NCBI GenBank assembly: GCA_036774405.1 | Contig: DAIPBO010000009.1 | Span: 8,083 to 72,082, forward strand | Direction of reading: 5' to 3' | Source of the DNA: Chloroflexota bacterium | Lineage (GTDB): Bacteria > Chloroflexota > Anaerolineae > UBA1429 | Length of the DNA stretch: 64,000 nucleotides | Shown: positions 38,582-47,855 of the stretch, one piece after another | Position numbering within the stretch: the stretch's first letter is position 1 | How the letters are laid out: each line of letters begins with the position of its first letter | The notes under the pieces: generated by a model | The model's input: the letters and a program-made list of their open reading frames with translations, nothing else | The model's database searches: none | What the model was told of the DNA's origin: nothing | Translations under genes and position numbers: made by a program

Positions 38582-39538
38582 GTGACCGACATGGCAGAAC
38601 GCATCCGCATCAACTTGCGTGAGATCATCAAGCCGGAAGAACGGCTGGCTCCGGGTCACCGCCTGTGCGCCGGCTGTGCAGAACCGACGGTCGTGCGCCA
38701 GATCATGCACGCCATCGATGAGCCGGTGGTCGTGGCCACTGCGACCGGCTGTCTTGAGGTATCAACCACAGTATATCCTTACACGTCTTGGAACGTGCCC
38801 TGGATACACAGTGCCTTTGAGAACGCGTCAACCACCATTGCCGGCGTGGAGGCTGCCTACAAGGCGCTCAAGCGCACGGGCAAGATCCCAGCCGATCAGG
38901 ACATCAAGTTCCTGGCCTTTGGGGGCGATGGTGCCAGCTATGACATCGGCTTTCAGTTTATCTCTGGCGTTCTAGAGCGTGGGCACAAGGTTGTTTACAT
39001 CTGCCTCAACAACGAGGCATATATGAACACAGGTATTCAGCGCTCGAGCGCCACGCCGCTGGGAGCCCACACCACCACATCGCCCGCCGGCGAGGTGATT
39101 CAGGGCAAGACTCAGTGGCGCAAGCCCTTTACGCGCATCATGGCCGCTCACGATATCCCTTACGTGGCTCAGGCCTCGCCCCACAACTATCGCGATCTGA
39201 TGACCAAGGTAAAAAAGGCCGTCGCGGCCGATGGCCCAGCGGTACTGAACGTTCTTGCGCCGTGCCCGCGCGGCTGGCGCCACGAGAGCGACCAAACCAT
39301 GGCCATCGCCAAGTTGGCCGCCGATACCTGCTATTGGCCGCTGTACGAGATCGAAGATGGCTACAAGGTGACTGTCAACTACAAGCCGCGCGAAAAGCGC
39401 CCGGTAGCAGACTGGCTGCGTGCTCAGGGCCGCTTCCGTCACCTGTTCCGCCCCGCTAATGCCGGCTTGCTCGAAGAGATTCAGAGCCGTGTCGACTTTG
39501 AGTGGGAGCGCCTGCTCAAAGACGAGGCCAACTCGTAG
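38582..39538 (+). CDS. porB: Pyruvate:ferredoxin oxidoreductase, beta subunit (TPP-binding).
   Basis: CAGCAEP...GCLE Cys ligand set. TPP motif GGDGASYDIG...NNEAYMNTG. Size 318 aa. Confidence 0.85.
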   Translation: MTDMAERIRINLREIIKPEERLAPGHRLCAGCAEPTVVRQIMHAIDEPVVVATATGCLEVSTTVYPYTSWNVPWIHSAFENASTTIAGVEAAYKALKRTGKIPADQDIKFLAFGGDGASYDIGFQFISGVLERGHKVVYICLNNEAYMNTGIQRSSATPLGAHTTTSPAGEVIQGKTQWRKPFTRIMAAHDIPYVAQASPHNYRDLMTKVKKAVAADGPAVLNVLAPCPRGWRHESDQTMAIAKLAADTCYWPLYEIEDGYKVTVNYKPREKRPVADWLRAQGRFRHLFRPANAGLLEEIQSRVDFEWERLLKDEANS

Positions 39539-39545
39539 GCAGGAG

Positions 39546-39583
39546 TGCACAGACAAGAGGGTAGCCCTAGAGAGCAAGGCTAC
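39546..39583 (+). terminator. Rho-independent terminator after porB.
   Basis: 11-bp stem AGAGGGTAGCC / GGCTACCCTCT followed by TTTTTGT. Confidence 0.65.
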
Positions 39584-39615
39584 CCTCTTTTTGTAACAGA
39601 GGAGCGCACCAGAGT

Positions 39616-40278
39616 ATGGTCATTCCACCTAATGTTCACATATCGCAGCATCCTTTGGTGCTGCACAAACTCACGCTGATGCGGAGCGTAACCACCGAAC
39701 CGAAAAAGTTCCGCGAGCTGATCCGCGAGGTGTCTACGCTGCTGGGCTATGAGGCCACGCTTGACCTGCGCCTGTGTGATGCCGATGTGCAAACCCCTCT
39801 TGCGCGCATGACGGGCTGGCAGCTGCAGGACAAGATCGGCCTGGTGCCCATCTTGAGGTCGGGGCTAGGGATGGTGGATGGCATCTGGGAGATGATGCCT
39901 GGCGCCGAGGTTTGGCATATCGGGCTCTATCGTGATCACGAGACGCTGCAGCCGGTGCAGTACTATAACAAGTTGCCAGTGATCCCCACGGTGCAGGTGT
40001 GCCTGTTGCTTGACCCGATGTTGGCCACCGGCGGTTCTGCGGTGGCTACCTGTCAGATACTCAAAGACTGGGGCGCCAAGCGCATCAAGTTCGTGGGCAT
40101 CATCGCCGCGCCCGAGGGCATCCTGCGTCTCTCTGAGGCGCACCCCGATGTGGATATCCACGTTGCTGCCATCGACGATCACCTGACGCCCGTCCCCAGC
40201 AAGCCCGGAGACCCGCCAGAGGGCTATATCGTGCCGGGACTGGGCGACGCAGGTGATCGTCAGTTCGGCACTGCCTGA
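39616..40278 (+). CDS. upp: Uracil phosphoribosyltransferase.
   Basis: [13 protein letters not shown]-terminus. PRPP motif [12 protein letters not shown]. Size 220 aa. Confidence 0.85.
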   Translation: MVIPPNVHISQHPLVLHKLTLMRSVTTEPKKFRELIREVSTLLGYEATLDLRLCDADVQTPLARMTGWQLQDKIGLVPILRSGLGMVDGIWEMMPGAEVWHIGLYRDHETLQPVQYYNKLPVIPTVQVCLLLDPMLATGGSAVATCQILKDWGAKRIKFVGIIAAPEGILRLSEAHPDVDIHVAAIDDHLTPVPSKPGDPPEGYIVPGLGDAGDRQFGTA

Positions 40279-40292
40279 TGTGAGGTGACGCA

Positions 40293-41333
40293 ATGACGAT
40301 CTGGCCGTTTGTAGCCGTGTTCGCGGTGGCGCTGGGGCTCACGCTGGCGTTGACGCCGGTGAGCATCTGGCTGGGGAAACGGCTGGATATCGTTGACCGG
40401 CCCGGCGGACGACGACGCCACACGGGCGTCGTCGTCCGCATCGGTGGTTTGGCGCTCTTCCCCGCTTTTGCCGTTGCGGCGCTGCTGCCAGTAACCCTCA
40501 GACTGCCCAGGCAGGATCCCCTCGAGCTGATTCGGTTGGTGGGCGTGGTAGTGGGCGTGGGCATCATCTGGGTCATGGGCCTGCTCGACGACCGCTTCAA
40601 GCTGCGCCCTGGTCTGCAGTTCCTGGGCATGGCATTGGCAGCCGTGGCTGCAATCCTCTGCAAGGTGTTCATCGAGGTCTTTAACAGCCCCTTCAGCGGC
40701 CGCCAGGTCTTTATAGACTGGTACCTGATGGTACCGCTTACTTTTGGCTGGCTGGTGGGCATGACCGAGACGGTCAACATGCTCGATGGTGTCGATGGAC
40801 TGGCCACCGGTGTGACCGCCATTGCGTCATTGGTGCTGTTCATCCACATGGTGCGGTTGGGGCAACTGACTGTGGCGCTTCTGCCGCTGGCGCTATTGGG
40901 CGTTTGCCTGGGATTCCTGGTGTTTAACTTTTATCCCGCCAAGGTGTTCCTCGGTGGAGGCGCCTATGTGCTGGGATATGCCCTCGGCGCGCTAGCGATT
41001 GTGGCGGGGGCCAAAGTGGCCACAGCGCTGCTGGTGCTATGGGTGCCCATCGTCGACATCGCCTGGCAGGTCTATTCGCGGTGGAAACGCGGGCAGCCCA
41101 TCAGTCTGGGAGACCGCGGCCACCTGCAGTTCCGTCTGCAAGACTCGGGCTGGAGCGCGCCGCAGATATCACTGTTGTACTATGCTATCACGGCGGGGCT
41201 GGGCGCCCTGGCGCTCTTTAGCCCGTCGCGCATCCTCAAGCTGGTAGTGCTGCTCGTGTTGGCGGGGTTGGTCCTGCTAGGGCTTTGGGTGCTGACCCGC
41301 AAGATGGGCGATCGTACCCCTACGGGGACCTAA
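40293..41333 (+). CDS. Glycosyltransferase family 4 (MraY/WecA-like UDP-HexNAc:polyprenyl-phosphate HexNAc-1-phosphate transferase).
   Basis: 10-11 TM helices. DRPGGRRRHTGVVVRIGG and NMLDGVDGLA motifs. Size 346 aa. Confidence 0.7.
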   Translation: MTIWPFVAVFAVALGLTLALTPVSIWLGKRLDIVDRPGGRRRHTGVVVRIGGLALFPAFAVAALLPVTLRLPRQDPLELIRLVGVVVGVGIIWVMGLLDDRFKLRPGLQFLGMALAAVAAILCKVFIEVFNSPFSGRQVFIDWYLMVPLTFGWLVGMTETVNMLDGVDGLATGVTAIASLVLFIHMVRLGQLTVALLPLALLGVCLGFLVFNFYPAKVFLGGGAYVLGYALGALAIVAGAKVATALLVLWVPIVDIAWQVYSRWKRGQPISLGDRGHLQFRLQDSGWSAPQISLLYYAITAGLGALALFSPSRILKLVVLLVLAGLVLLGLWVLTRKMGDRTPTGT

Positions 41334-41854
41334 TCGCTAGCAGCGTCCTCTCGCAGAGACAGGTGCATGACGACAAGATCGGCCAATGCGTCGACCTCAT
41401 CGAGGCCGAACAGCGGCGCGTCGTCGGCCGCGTTTGGATCGGAGCTGACCACTGCCAGCAGCTCGCCAGGGCTCTGGATGCGCCCATGCCCATAGCCAGG
41501 GCGAATCACTTCGATTTTCGGCGTAGGCTCTCGCTTGTAGCCTTCGGTGATCACGAGATCTATATAGTGTGGCAAGCGCCTGACGACATCGCTCAGCGGC
41601 ACCTCGACTGCAGGCTGCTCGAGCAGCGCGAGACGCCCCTGGGAGGAGATCGCCACCAGATCGGCGCCTGCCTGCGCCAGCAACCAGGTGTCTGTGCCCG
41701 GCTGGTCGAGATCGACGTCTTCTCGCGAGTGCTTGATGACCGCCACGTGCAGTCCACGCTGTTTGAGGCAACGCACCAATGCGGTGGCAATGGTGGTTTT
41801 GCCGCTGTTGTGCCACCCGATGATCGAGACGATGGGGGGTGGGGCCTGCGTCAT
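41330..41854 (-). CDS. mobB: Molybdopterin-guanine dinucleotide biosynthesis adapter protein MobB.
   Basis: P-loop IIGWHNSGKTT. IKHSRED, TEGYK. Start set to the Met overlapping the dapA-like stop. Confidence 0.6.
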   Translation of the reverse strand: MTQAPPPIVSIIGWHNSGKTTIATALVRCLKQRGLHVAVIKHSREDVDLDQPGTDTWLLAQAGADLVAISSQGRLALLEQPAVEVPLSDVVRRLPHYIDLVITEGYKREPTPKIEVIRPGYGHGRIQSPGELLAVVSSDPNAADDAPLFGLDEVDALADLVVMHLSLREDAASD

Positions 41855-41855
41855 A

Positions 41856-42815
41856 CTAGGCCAGCCTGCCGCGTGCCGCATCGCCTGCCTGGGGGGACAG
41901 GGCAGGGCGATCGCGCAGCTCAAAGAGCCCAGCTGTACGCATGTCTCGCTCAAAGGCGTGCAGCGTCTCGCCTGTGATAGGTGGCATAGGAGGCACCCCC
42001 TGGCCCACATCGATGCCGAGCACGCGCAAAGCCGCTTTGATGCCTGGAATGACGCCGTACTTGTGTAGCACCTGGATGATGCGGTTGGCGCGCCAGTGTA
42101 ACTCGCGGGCAGCCACGACCTTGCCCGCCAGAGTGGCGGCGCGGATATCGCTGAACAGGCGCGGCGCTATGTTGTAGGTGGTGCCGATGGCGCCATCGGC
42201 ACCGAGCATCTGGCAGAGCATGCACAGCTCATCGGGCCCTGAGAGCACGTTTACGCGCGTCACATCGCGCTGAGCCATCACCTCGGAGAAAAAGAGCATA
42301 TCCTGCGAGGTGTACTTGAAGCCTGCTACGCCGTCCAGGCCGCAGATCTCCAGCAGCTGTGCTACCGTCATGGGGTTGCCGGTGGCACCAGGGATGTAGT
42401 AGACGTAGAGGGGGAGCGCAGTAGCCGTTGCCAGCGCACGATAATGCGATTTGATCGCCTCGAACGTGTAGGCATAGTAGAACGGTGGCACCGCACTGAT
42501 GGCGTCTGCGCCCACGGCCACAGCGTCTTGAGCCAGGGCCACGGCCTCGCGCGTCGTCAGGGCGCCTATATGCACCATGACCGGCACCTGACCACCAACC
42601 ACGCCCACCACCGTCTCGGCGATCTGCCGACGCTGCTCGCGGCTCAGAAGCACACCCTCGCCGGTGCCGCCGCAAACGTACAGCCCCCCAATATCGGCCT
42701 GAAGCAATAGTTCCACCAATCGTTCGGTCGCTCGTACGTCCACATTGCCGGCGACGTCTAGCGGTGACACCAGTGCCGGCCAGATCCCCGTAAAGCTCAT
42801 GGCAACCACCTCCAA
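41856..42815 (-). CDS. DapA-family class I aldolase (dihydrodipicolinate synthase / N-acetylneuraminate lyase-like).
   Basis: GIWPALVSPLD...GLYVCGGTGEG...YYIPG. The Schiff-base Lys region is conserved. Confidence 0.6.
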   Translation of the reverse strand: MEVVAMSFTGIWPALVSPLDVAGNVDVRATERLVELLLQADIGGLYVCGGTGEGVLLSREQRRQIAETVVGVVGGQVPVMVHIGALTTREAVALAQDAVAVGADAISAVPPFYYAYTFEAIKSHYRALATATALPLYVYYIPGATGNPMTVAQLLEICGLDGVAGFKYTSQDMLFFSEVMAQRDVTRVNVLSGPDELCMLCQMLGADGAIGTTYNIAPRLFSDIRAATLAGKVVAARELHWRANRIIQVLHKYGVIPGIKAALRVLGIDVGQGVPPMPPITGETLHAFERDMRTAGLFELRDRPALSPQAGDAARGRLA

Positions 42816-42906
42816 GCACTAGTCTACCCAGGAGTGTCTGAGCTGCAAGCGACGACATTCGTTGTGTTGCTGCTTATCTATACACATGTATCGTCTTGTA
42901 TGGCCA

Positions 42907-42935
42907 TTGACACTCGAAAATCGTAGACCTATAAT
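42907..42935 (+). promoter_or_regulatory. Perfect consensus sigma-70 promoter (TTGACA-N17-TATAAT) upstream of the contractile injection system gene block.
   Basis: TTGACA at 42907-42912, 17-nt spacer, TATAAT at 42930-42935. Sits 53 nt upstream of the ATPase start. Confidence 0.6.
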
Positions 42936-42988
42936 CGAGGTAGGGTAAGGACGTCTTACTGAAGGGTCCCGTCAGGCGGTAAAGGGCC

Positions 42989-45100
42989 ATGAGCCAAGCT
43001 GGACTGCAGTGCGACTCTGGGCTCGAGCTGCTACCGCTGCTTGAGCGTGTTGGGCGCGAGTTGCGAGAGCGGTCTCGTGCACTTGCCGCGCAACTGACCG
43101 AGCCCAACCTGCGCGGGCTGGTCATCGCAGATGACGAGTTCGACCAACTGCTCGGCCAGTCACTGGGCGCATCTCCCTTTGCCTGTCTGCAACCCTTGGA
43201 TAATGCCCTCCACGGGGGAGCCTGGGAGCAACTGCTGGTACGGGTTGGGCTCTCGCATCTCGAAGGTCTGATCATCCTCATCGCGCTGTTGCCCGAGATA
43301 GATCGTGCTTTCGAGCGCATCTTTGGCTACCTGCAAGATGACGTCACTGCGCGGCGCCCGACGGTCGATCTCATGCTACGCCTGCTGTGGGATGCGCCCA
43401 GAGACCGCCTGGCCGCCCGAAGCCTCTTCTGGCCGCAGTCGCCTCTGCGACGGCTGGGCCTCGTGATGCTCCGCTCTGAGGGAGAGCGTGATTGCGGCCT
43501 GCTTGCCCAACAAGTCCTGGTACATCCTATTGCCACCGAGCATCTGCTGCGGCAGGGCGACGCCCCTGAGCCCGTGCAGCACGCCGTACGCGTGCTGGCG
43601 GTCGGCTCGCTGCTCGTGGACGCAGCCAGCCAGCAGGCACACGGCATGCTGGCTTGGCTGAATGATCAGTCGCCCACACGTCTCTGGGTGCAGGCACAGG
43701 CCCCCTACACCGAACTTGTGCGCAACCTGGCTCAGGCAGCTTGCGATAGCTGGCAACTCTCACTCGTCGAGCTGGACCTGTCGCAGACTGGCGATATCGA
43801 AGACGCCACGCGGGCGGCTGCGCTTGAGGCGCTGCTGCGAGACGCCGCTCTGTTCATCAGTGGTCTTGGCGACGAACAGGCTCCCTCTGAGCAACGTCTG
43901 ATGGTCGAGCGCGCCGCTGCCCTATTGTGCGCCTTTCCGCGTCCCGTGTTCTGGCACTGTTCGCTGCTAGTGCCCCTGGCTGCGCCCCCTCATACACGCA
44001 GTGCGACCTGTGAGTTGCCCGCCCCTGATTATGCCCAACGTTTGGCGCTATGGCAGGCCGCCATAGCCCCGGGCACATGCTGTGAGGCTGCTGCGCTCGA
44101 GAAAGTGGCGGGGCGCTACCGTCTGGCGCCAGAGCGTATCGCCTGGTCAGCCCGTGTGGCAGTAGAGACGGCGGCCAGGCTCGCGCCGCAGGCGGCGGTG
44201 CGATTTGCGGACCTGGCCGATGGTGCCCTGCGTGCAAGCAGTCGGGATATCGGGCAGCTAGCGCACCGCATCGCGCCACGGCATGGTTGGCAAGACCTGG
44301 TGCTCCCGGCCGATCGACTGGCGCAGCTCAGGGAGATGTGCGATCAGCTTGCCTACCGGCACGTCGTGATGGAGCAGTGGGGCTATGGTCGACGTAGTGC
44401 CGCGCCCGGCCTGTCGGCGCTGTTCGCTGGTCCATCGGGGACGGGCAAATCGATGGCCGCTGAAGTGATCGCAGGCGAGTTAGGGCTCGATCTCTATCGC
44501 ATCGACCTTTCTGGCGTCGTGAGCAAGTACATTGGAGAGACCGAAAAGAACCTGGCGCGCATCTTTTCGCTGGCGCGAGACGCTAACGCGATCCTGCTAT
44601 TCGATGAGGCCGACGCCCTCTTTGGCAAGCGCTCTGAGACGCGTGATGCCCACGACCGTTACGCCAATATTGAGGTCAGTTATCTGCTCCAGAAGATCGA
44701 AGAGTACGATGGTCTGGTGATCCTCACCAGCAATCTACGGCAGAACCTCGACGAGGCCTTTATGCGGCGGCTGCAGCTCTCGGTCGATTTCCCGTTTCCT
44801 GATGAGCAGACGCGCTTGCAGATATGGCGCAGGCTCATCACGCCGCAGACGCCCGTAGGGGAGCTCGACCTGGAGCATCTCGCCCGACGCTTTCGGCTGT
44901 CGGGTGGCAGCATTCGTAATGTGGTGCTCACGGCGGCATTCCTGGCGGCCCGTGATGGCCAGCCGCTCAACACCGACTATGTGACCTGGGCTGTCCGCCG
45001 CGAGTATCAAAAGCTCGGTCGTTTGGTTGAGGCTGGGCAGTTCGCGACCGGAGAGCGTTTGGGCGCTCGTATCGAGATGCAAGGGTGGGGTGATGCCTGA
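42989..45100 (+). CDS. eCIS-associated AAA+ ATPase (Afp15/Pvc15-like), with a large non-ATPase N-region and a C-terminal AAA+ domain.
   Basis: Walker A GPSGTGKSMAAE, Walker B ILLFDEADALF, sensor/arginine finger ...TSNLRQNLDEAFMRR. This is the first gene of the tail-like cluster. Confidence 0.75.
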   Translation: MSQAGLQCDSGLELLPLLERVGRELRERSRALAAQLTEPNLRGLVIADDEFDQLLGQSLGASPFACLQPLDNALHGGAWEQLLVRVGLSHLEGLIILIALLPEIDRAFERIFGYLQDDVTARRPTVDLMLRLLWDAPRDRLAARSLFWPQSPLRRLGLVMLRSEGERDCGLLAQQVLVHPIATEHLLRQGDAPEPVQHAVRVLAVGSLLVDAASQQAHGMLAWLNDQSPTRLWVQAQAPYTELVRNLAQAACDSWQLSLVELDLSQTGDIEDATRAAALEALLRDAALFISGLGDEQAPSEQRLMVERAAALLCAFPRPVFWHCSLLVPLAAPPHTRSATCELPAPDYAQRLALWQAAIAPGTCCEAAALEKVAGRYRLAPERIAWSARVAVETAARLAPQAAVRFADLADGALRASSRDIGQLAHRIAPRHGWQDLVLPADRLAQLREMCDQLAYRHVVMEQWGYGRRSAAPGLSALFAGPSGTGKSMAAEVIAGELGLDLYRIDLSGVVSKYIGETEKNLARIFSLARDANAILLFDEADALFGKRSETRDAHDRYANIEVSYLLQKIEEYDGLVILTSNLRQNLDEAFMRRLQLSVDFPFPDEQTRLQIWRRLITPQTPVGELDLEHLARRFRLSGGSIRNVVLTAAFLAARDGQPLNTDYVTWAVRREYQKLGRLVEAGQFATGERLGARIEMQGWGDA

Positions 45101-46925
45101 GAAACGCTTTGATCGCGTGAGAGTGACTCCTCGCACAGAGACAGCGCGAAGGGGCGAGTCGCCCCGGCCAGATTCGCTGCGCGCGGACTCTCAGCGGGCA
45201 GGGAATAGGTGTCTGCGCGCCCTGCTGGCGAGCGGAATGCCCAGCGGCATCCTGCGATCGGGGCGTGGCGGAGCTTTTTCCGCGTCGCACAACGTAGAGA
45301 TGGCCCTTGAGCGACGCCGCGGTCTTGGCCAGCCCCTGCCGGAACCAACTCGCACCAAGATGGAGATGGCTTTTGGGGCTTCGTTCGAGGGCGTTACCGT
45401 TCACACCGGCGGCGAGGCGGATGGCCTCGCGCAGCAGGTGGCCGCGGTGGCGTTCACCCATGGCAAAGATCTGTACTTTTCTGCTGGGGCTTTCGCACCC
45501 GACACGCCACACGGTCAGCGTCTGTTGGCTCACGAGTTGACTCATGTGATACAGCAGCGCCCTGGTCGCAAGGTCATGGTTGGCGCGGCCAATGACCCTG
45601 CCGAGTTGGAGGCCGATGCGTTGGCAGACGCCGTCGTGCAGCGTCTGACCTTTGATAGAGCCAGGGGGCAGAACGAGGTTCAGCCCATTCAGCGGCAAGT
45701 AGAACTTGAGGAAGAGGAGCCCATCCAGGCACTGCGGCGCCAGGTTGAGCCCGAGGAAGAAGAGCCCATTCAGACGCTGCGCCGCCAGAGCGAGGATGAC
45801 GAGTTGGCGCAGCCGCTGCGCCGTTCGTCACCGGTCGAGCCTGTGTCGAGCGCGCCTGCCGTCACATCGCAAGGGCCCACGACGGCCGGCGAGGCCTCAA
45901 CCTATGCCCGAGCTATGCAAGCCTATCGGGCCGGCGAGTTGCGCAGCGCTCAGGACCTCTTTCAGCAGGTGCGCGACGATCCTCAGGTGAGCGACCGTGA
46001 ACGAGCCAGCGCTACCTGGAACGTTGGTCGCATTCATGAGGAGCTGGGCGACGAGGCCGCCGCGCTGGCATGTTATCGCGAGTATCTATCCATGCCCGGG
46101 GCCTCTGCTGACCGTCGTCCGGTGGCCGAACGCATTGTGGAGCGAATGGAGAGCGAGCAGCGGGAGGGCGCAGAGCCGGCCGCTGGCATGGGATCGACGG
46201 CAACGGCCGCTGCAGAGCCCGAGGCCGCCACTGCCGAGACGTCGGCGCCTCACCGTCCTCGCCCCGAGGCCGCCCCCGACCCAGCCTCACGAGCCAGGGC
46301 CGTCTATCGCGAGGGCGTTCGCGCCTATCGCGCGGGCGAGTTGCGTGGCGCTCTGGACCGATTCCAGCAGGTGCTCGAGATCGATCAGGCGCCTGCGAGC
46401 CACCGCGCTAGTGCCATCTGGAACATAGGCCGCATCTATCAGGGGATGGGCAATAGCAGGGCCGCTCTGGCCATGTACCGCGCCTATATCGCTCAGCCCG
46501 CCGTGCCCCCCGAGCGTCTCGAGGTGGCGCAGGGCATCATCGCAGACCTGGAGCGTGAAAGCAAAGCCGGCACTGCGGAACCTGAGGCTGGAGTAGGGGC
46601 TGGCCCCGACGACAAGGCGACGGCGCCCGAACGTCTGCCCACCGTTCCCGAGCAGCGAGCTCAGGCGCTCTATGGCCTGGCATCGCAGGCCTATCAGAAC
46701 GGCGACTATGCCACAGCACTCGAGCACCTGCAACAGCTCATGCGTACCGATGGGCTCGAGCAGCGGTTGTATACCGAGACGCTCTACAACATGGCGCAAT
46801 GTTATCGACGGCTTGGCAACAATGGCGCCGCCATAGACATGTATCGTGGTTTTATGGAGCAGCCCGATGCCGCACCCGAAGAGCGCGAGCGCGCACAGCA
46901 ACTGATCGCGACGCTGCGCCGCTAG
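45093..46925 (+). CDS. DUF4157 (HExxH metallopeptidase-like, eCIS-associated) domain protein with an acidic tandem repeat and three roughly 95-aa TPR-like repeats. Candidate effector/cargo or adaptor.
   Basis: AFGASFEGVTVHTGGEADGLAQQVAAVAFTHGKDLYFSAGAF...LLAHELTHVIQQR matches the DUF4157 core. Start ATG overlaps the ATPase stop (ATGCCTGA). Confidence 0.6.
   Translation: MPEKRFDRVRVTPRTETARRGESPRPDSLRADSQRAGNRCLRALLASGMPSGILRSGRGGAFSASHNVEMALERRRGLGQPLPEPTRTKMEMAFGASFEGVTVHTGGEADGLAQQVAAVAFTHGKDLYFSAGAFAPDTPHGQRLLAHELTHVIQQRPGRKVMVGAANDPAELEADALADAVVQRLTFDRARGQNEVQPIQRQVELEEEEPIQALRRQVEPEEEEPIQTLRRQSEDDELAQPLRRSSPVEPVSSAPAVTSQGPTTAGEASTYARAMQAYRAGELRSAQDLFQQVRDDPQVSDRERASATWNVGRIHEELGDEAAALACYREYLSMPGASADRRPVAERIVERMESEQREGAEPAAGMGSTATAAAEPEAATAETSAPHRPRPEAAPDPASRARAVYREGVRAYRAGELRGALDRFQQVLEIDQAPASHRASAIWNIGRIYQGMGNSRAALAMYRAYIAQPAVPPERLEVAQGIIADLERESKAGTAEPEAGVGAGPDDKATAPERLPTVPEQRAQALYGLASQAYQNGDYATALEHLQQLMRTDGLEQRLYTETLYNMAQCYRRLGNNGAAIDMYRGFMEQPDAAPEERERAQQLIATLRR
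45681..45824 (+). repeat. Imperfect 45-nt tandem repeat encoding (V)E(P)EEEEPIQxLRRQ acidic repeats inside the DUF4157 gene.
   Basis: ...QPIQRQ / VELEEEEPIQALRRQ / VEPEEEEPIQTLRRQ / SEDDELAQPLRR. Confidence 0.5.
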
Positions 46926-46931
46926 GGAGCC

Positions 46932-47777
46932 GTGATGATTCACTTGCTTGATGATGCCATCCGTAAACTGATCCAGACTGAGACGGGCTATGCCGCGCCC
47001 GATGTTGAGGTCAGCTTCAGCCAGCCTACGGGCGATTGGGCAGCTGGCCTGACGCATCCGGTGATCAACTGTTATCTATATGATGTTCGTGAGAATAACG
47101 AACTGCGCTCGGCCGAGTGGACCGTCGACCGCGGCCCCAACGGGTATGCGGCCAAGCGAATGGCTCCGCTGCGCTTTGACGTCAGCTATCTCATCACAGT
47201 GTGGACGCAAGACCATATCGACGACGAGCATGCCATGCTCTGGCGCGTGCTCGAGTCCTTGGCGACGCACGAGACGCTCCCAGACCAGTACTGTGATGAG
47301 GCCCTGAAAAGCCAGCCCTATCCACTGCGCTGCAAGACGGCGCAGGCGACGCGTGCCATCGATGATCTACCCGATTTGTGGAGTGTGATGGACAACCCTT
47401 TGCGTCCATCGATCAACTATGTGGTCACCATGGCAATGGAGCGCATGGAGCCGATCCACAGTCGTCAGGTGGTTACCAAACAGATCGACGTGGTGCAACG
47501 TGGGGTGATCGAAACTCAGGCCGAGACGATCCTGCAGATCGGAGGCATCGTCCACAACGGTGGGCGAACGCCTGCCCCAGTTGCGGGCGCCAGCGTCACT
47601 CTGGTCGAAACGGCCCAGCAGACCTTGACTGATCGGCTGGGGCGCTATCGCTTTCGCAACGTGCCGCGCGGTCGCTATCGGCTGGTGGCAGCCCACGAGG
47701 GCATGCATGGTGAGCGCGAGATCATCGTACCTCTACGTTCGGGCGATACCGACCTGTATGACATCGGTGTGCACTGA
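46932..47777 (+). CDS. eCIS cap/tail-terminator protein (Afp16/Pvc16-like, DUF4255) with a C-terminal carboxypeptidase-regulatory-like beta-sandwich.
   Basis: N-terminus MIHLLDDAIRKLIQTETGY...PVINCYLYDVRENNELRS is the typical DUF4255 start. C-terminal GASVTLVE...GRYRFRNVPRGRYRLVA. Confidence 0.65.
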   Translation: MMIHLLDDAIRKLIQTETGYAAPDVEVSFSQPTGDWAAGLTHPVINCYLYDVRENNELRSAEWTVDRGPNGYAAKRMAPLRFDVSYLITVWTQDHIDDEHAMLWRVLESLATHETLPDQYCDEALKSQPYPLRCKTAQATRAIDDLPDLWSVMDNPLRPSINYVVTMAMERMEPIHSRQVVTKQIDVVQRGVIETQAETILQIGGIVHNGGRTPAPVAGASVTLVETAQQTLTDRLGRYRFRNVPRGRYRLVAAHEGMHGEREIIVPLRSGDTDLYDIGVH

Positions 47778-47855
47778 TGCCGAAAGGAGGCACAGCTTTA
47801 TTCTGACATTGTGGCAGGCACCCTGGCTCTGAGGTTGTGAAAAGGACGAGCGAAC

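Noticed and set aside
40100-40849. 249-aa minus-strand ORF.
   Set aside because: Antisense to upp and the MraY-like gene.
44967-45698. 243-aa minus-strand ORF.
   Set aside because: Antisense to the junction of the eCIS ATPase and DUF4157 genes.
46287-47057. 256-aa minus-strand ORF.
   Set aside because: Antisense to the DUF4157/TPR gene and cap gene.
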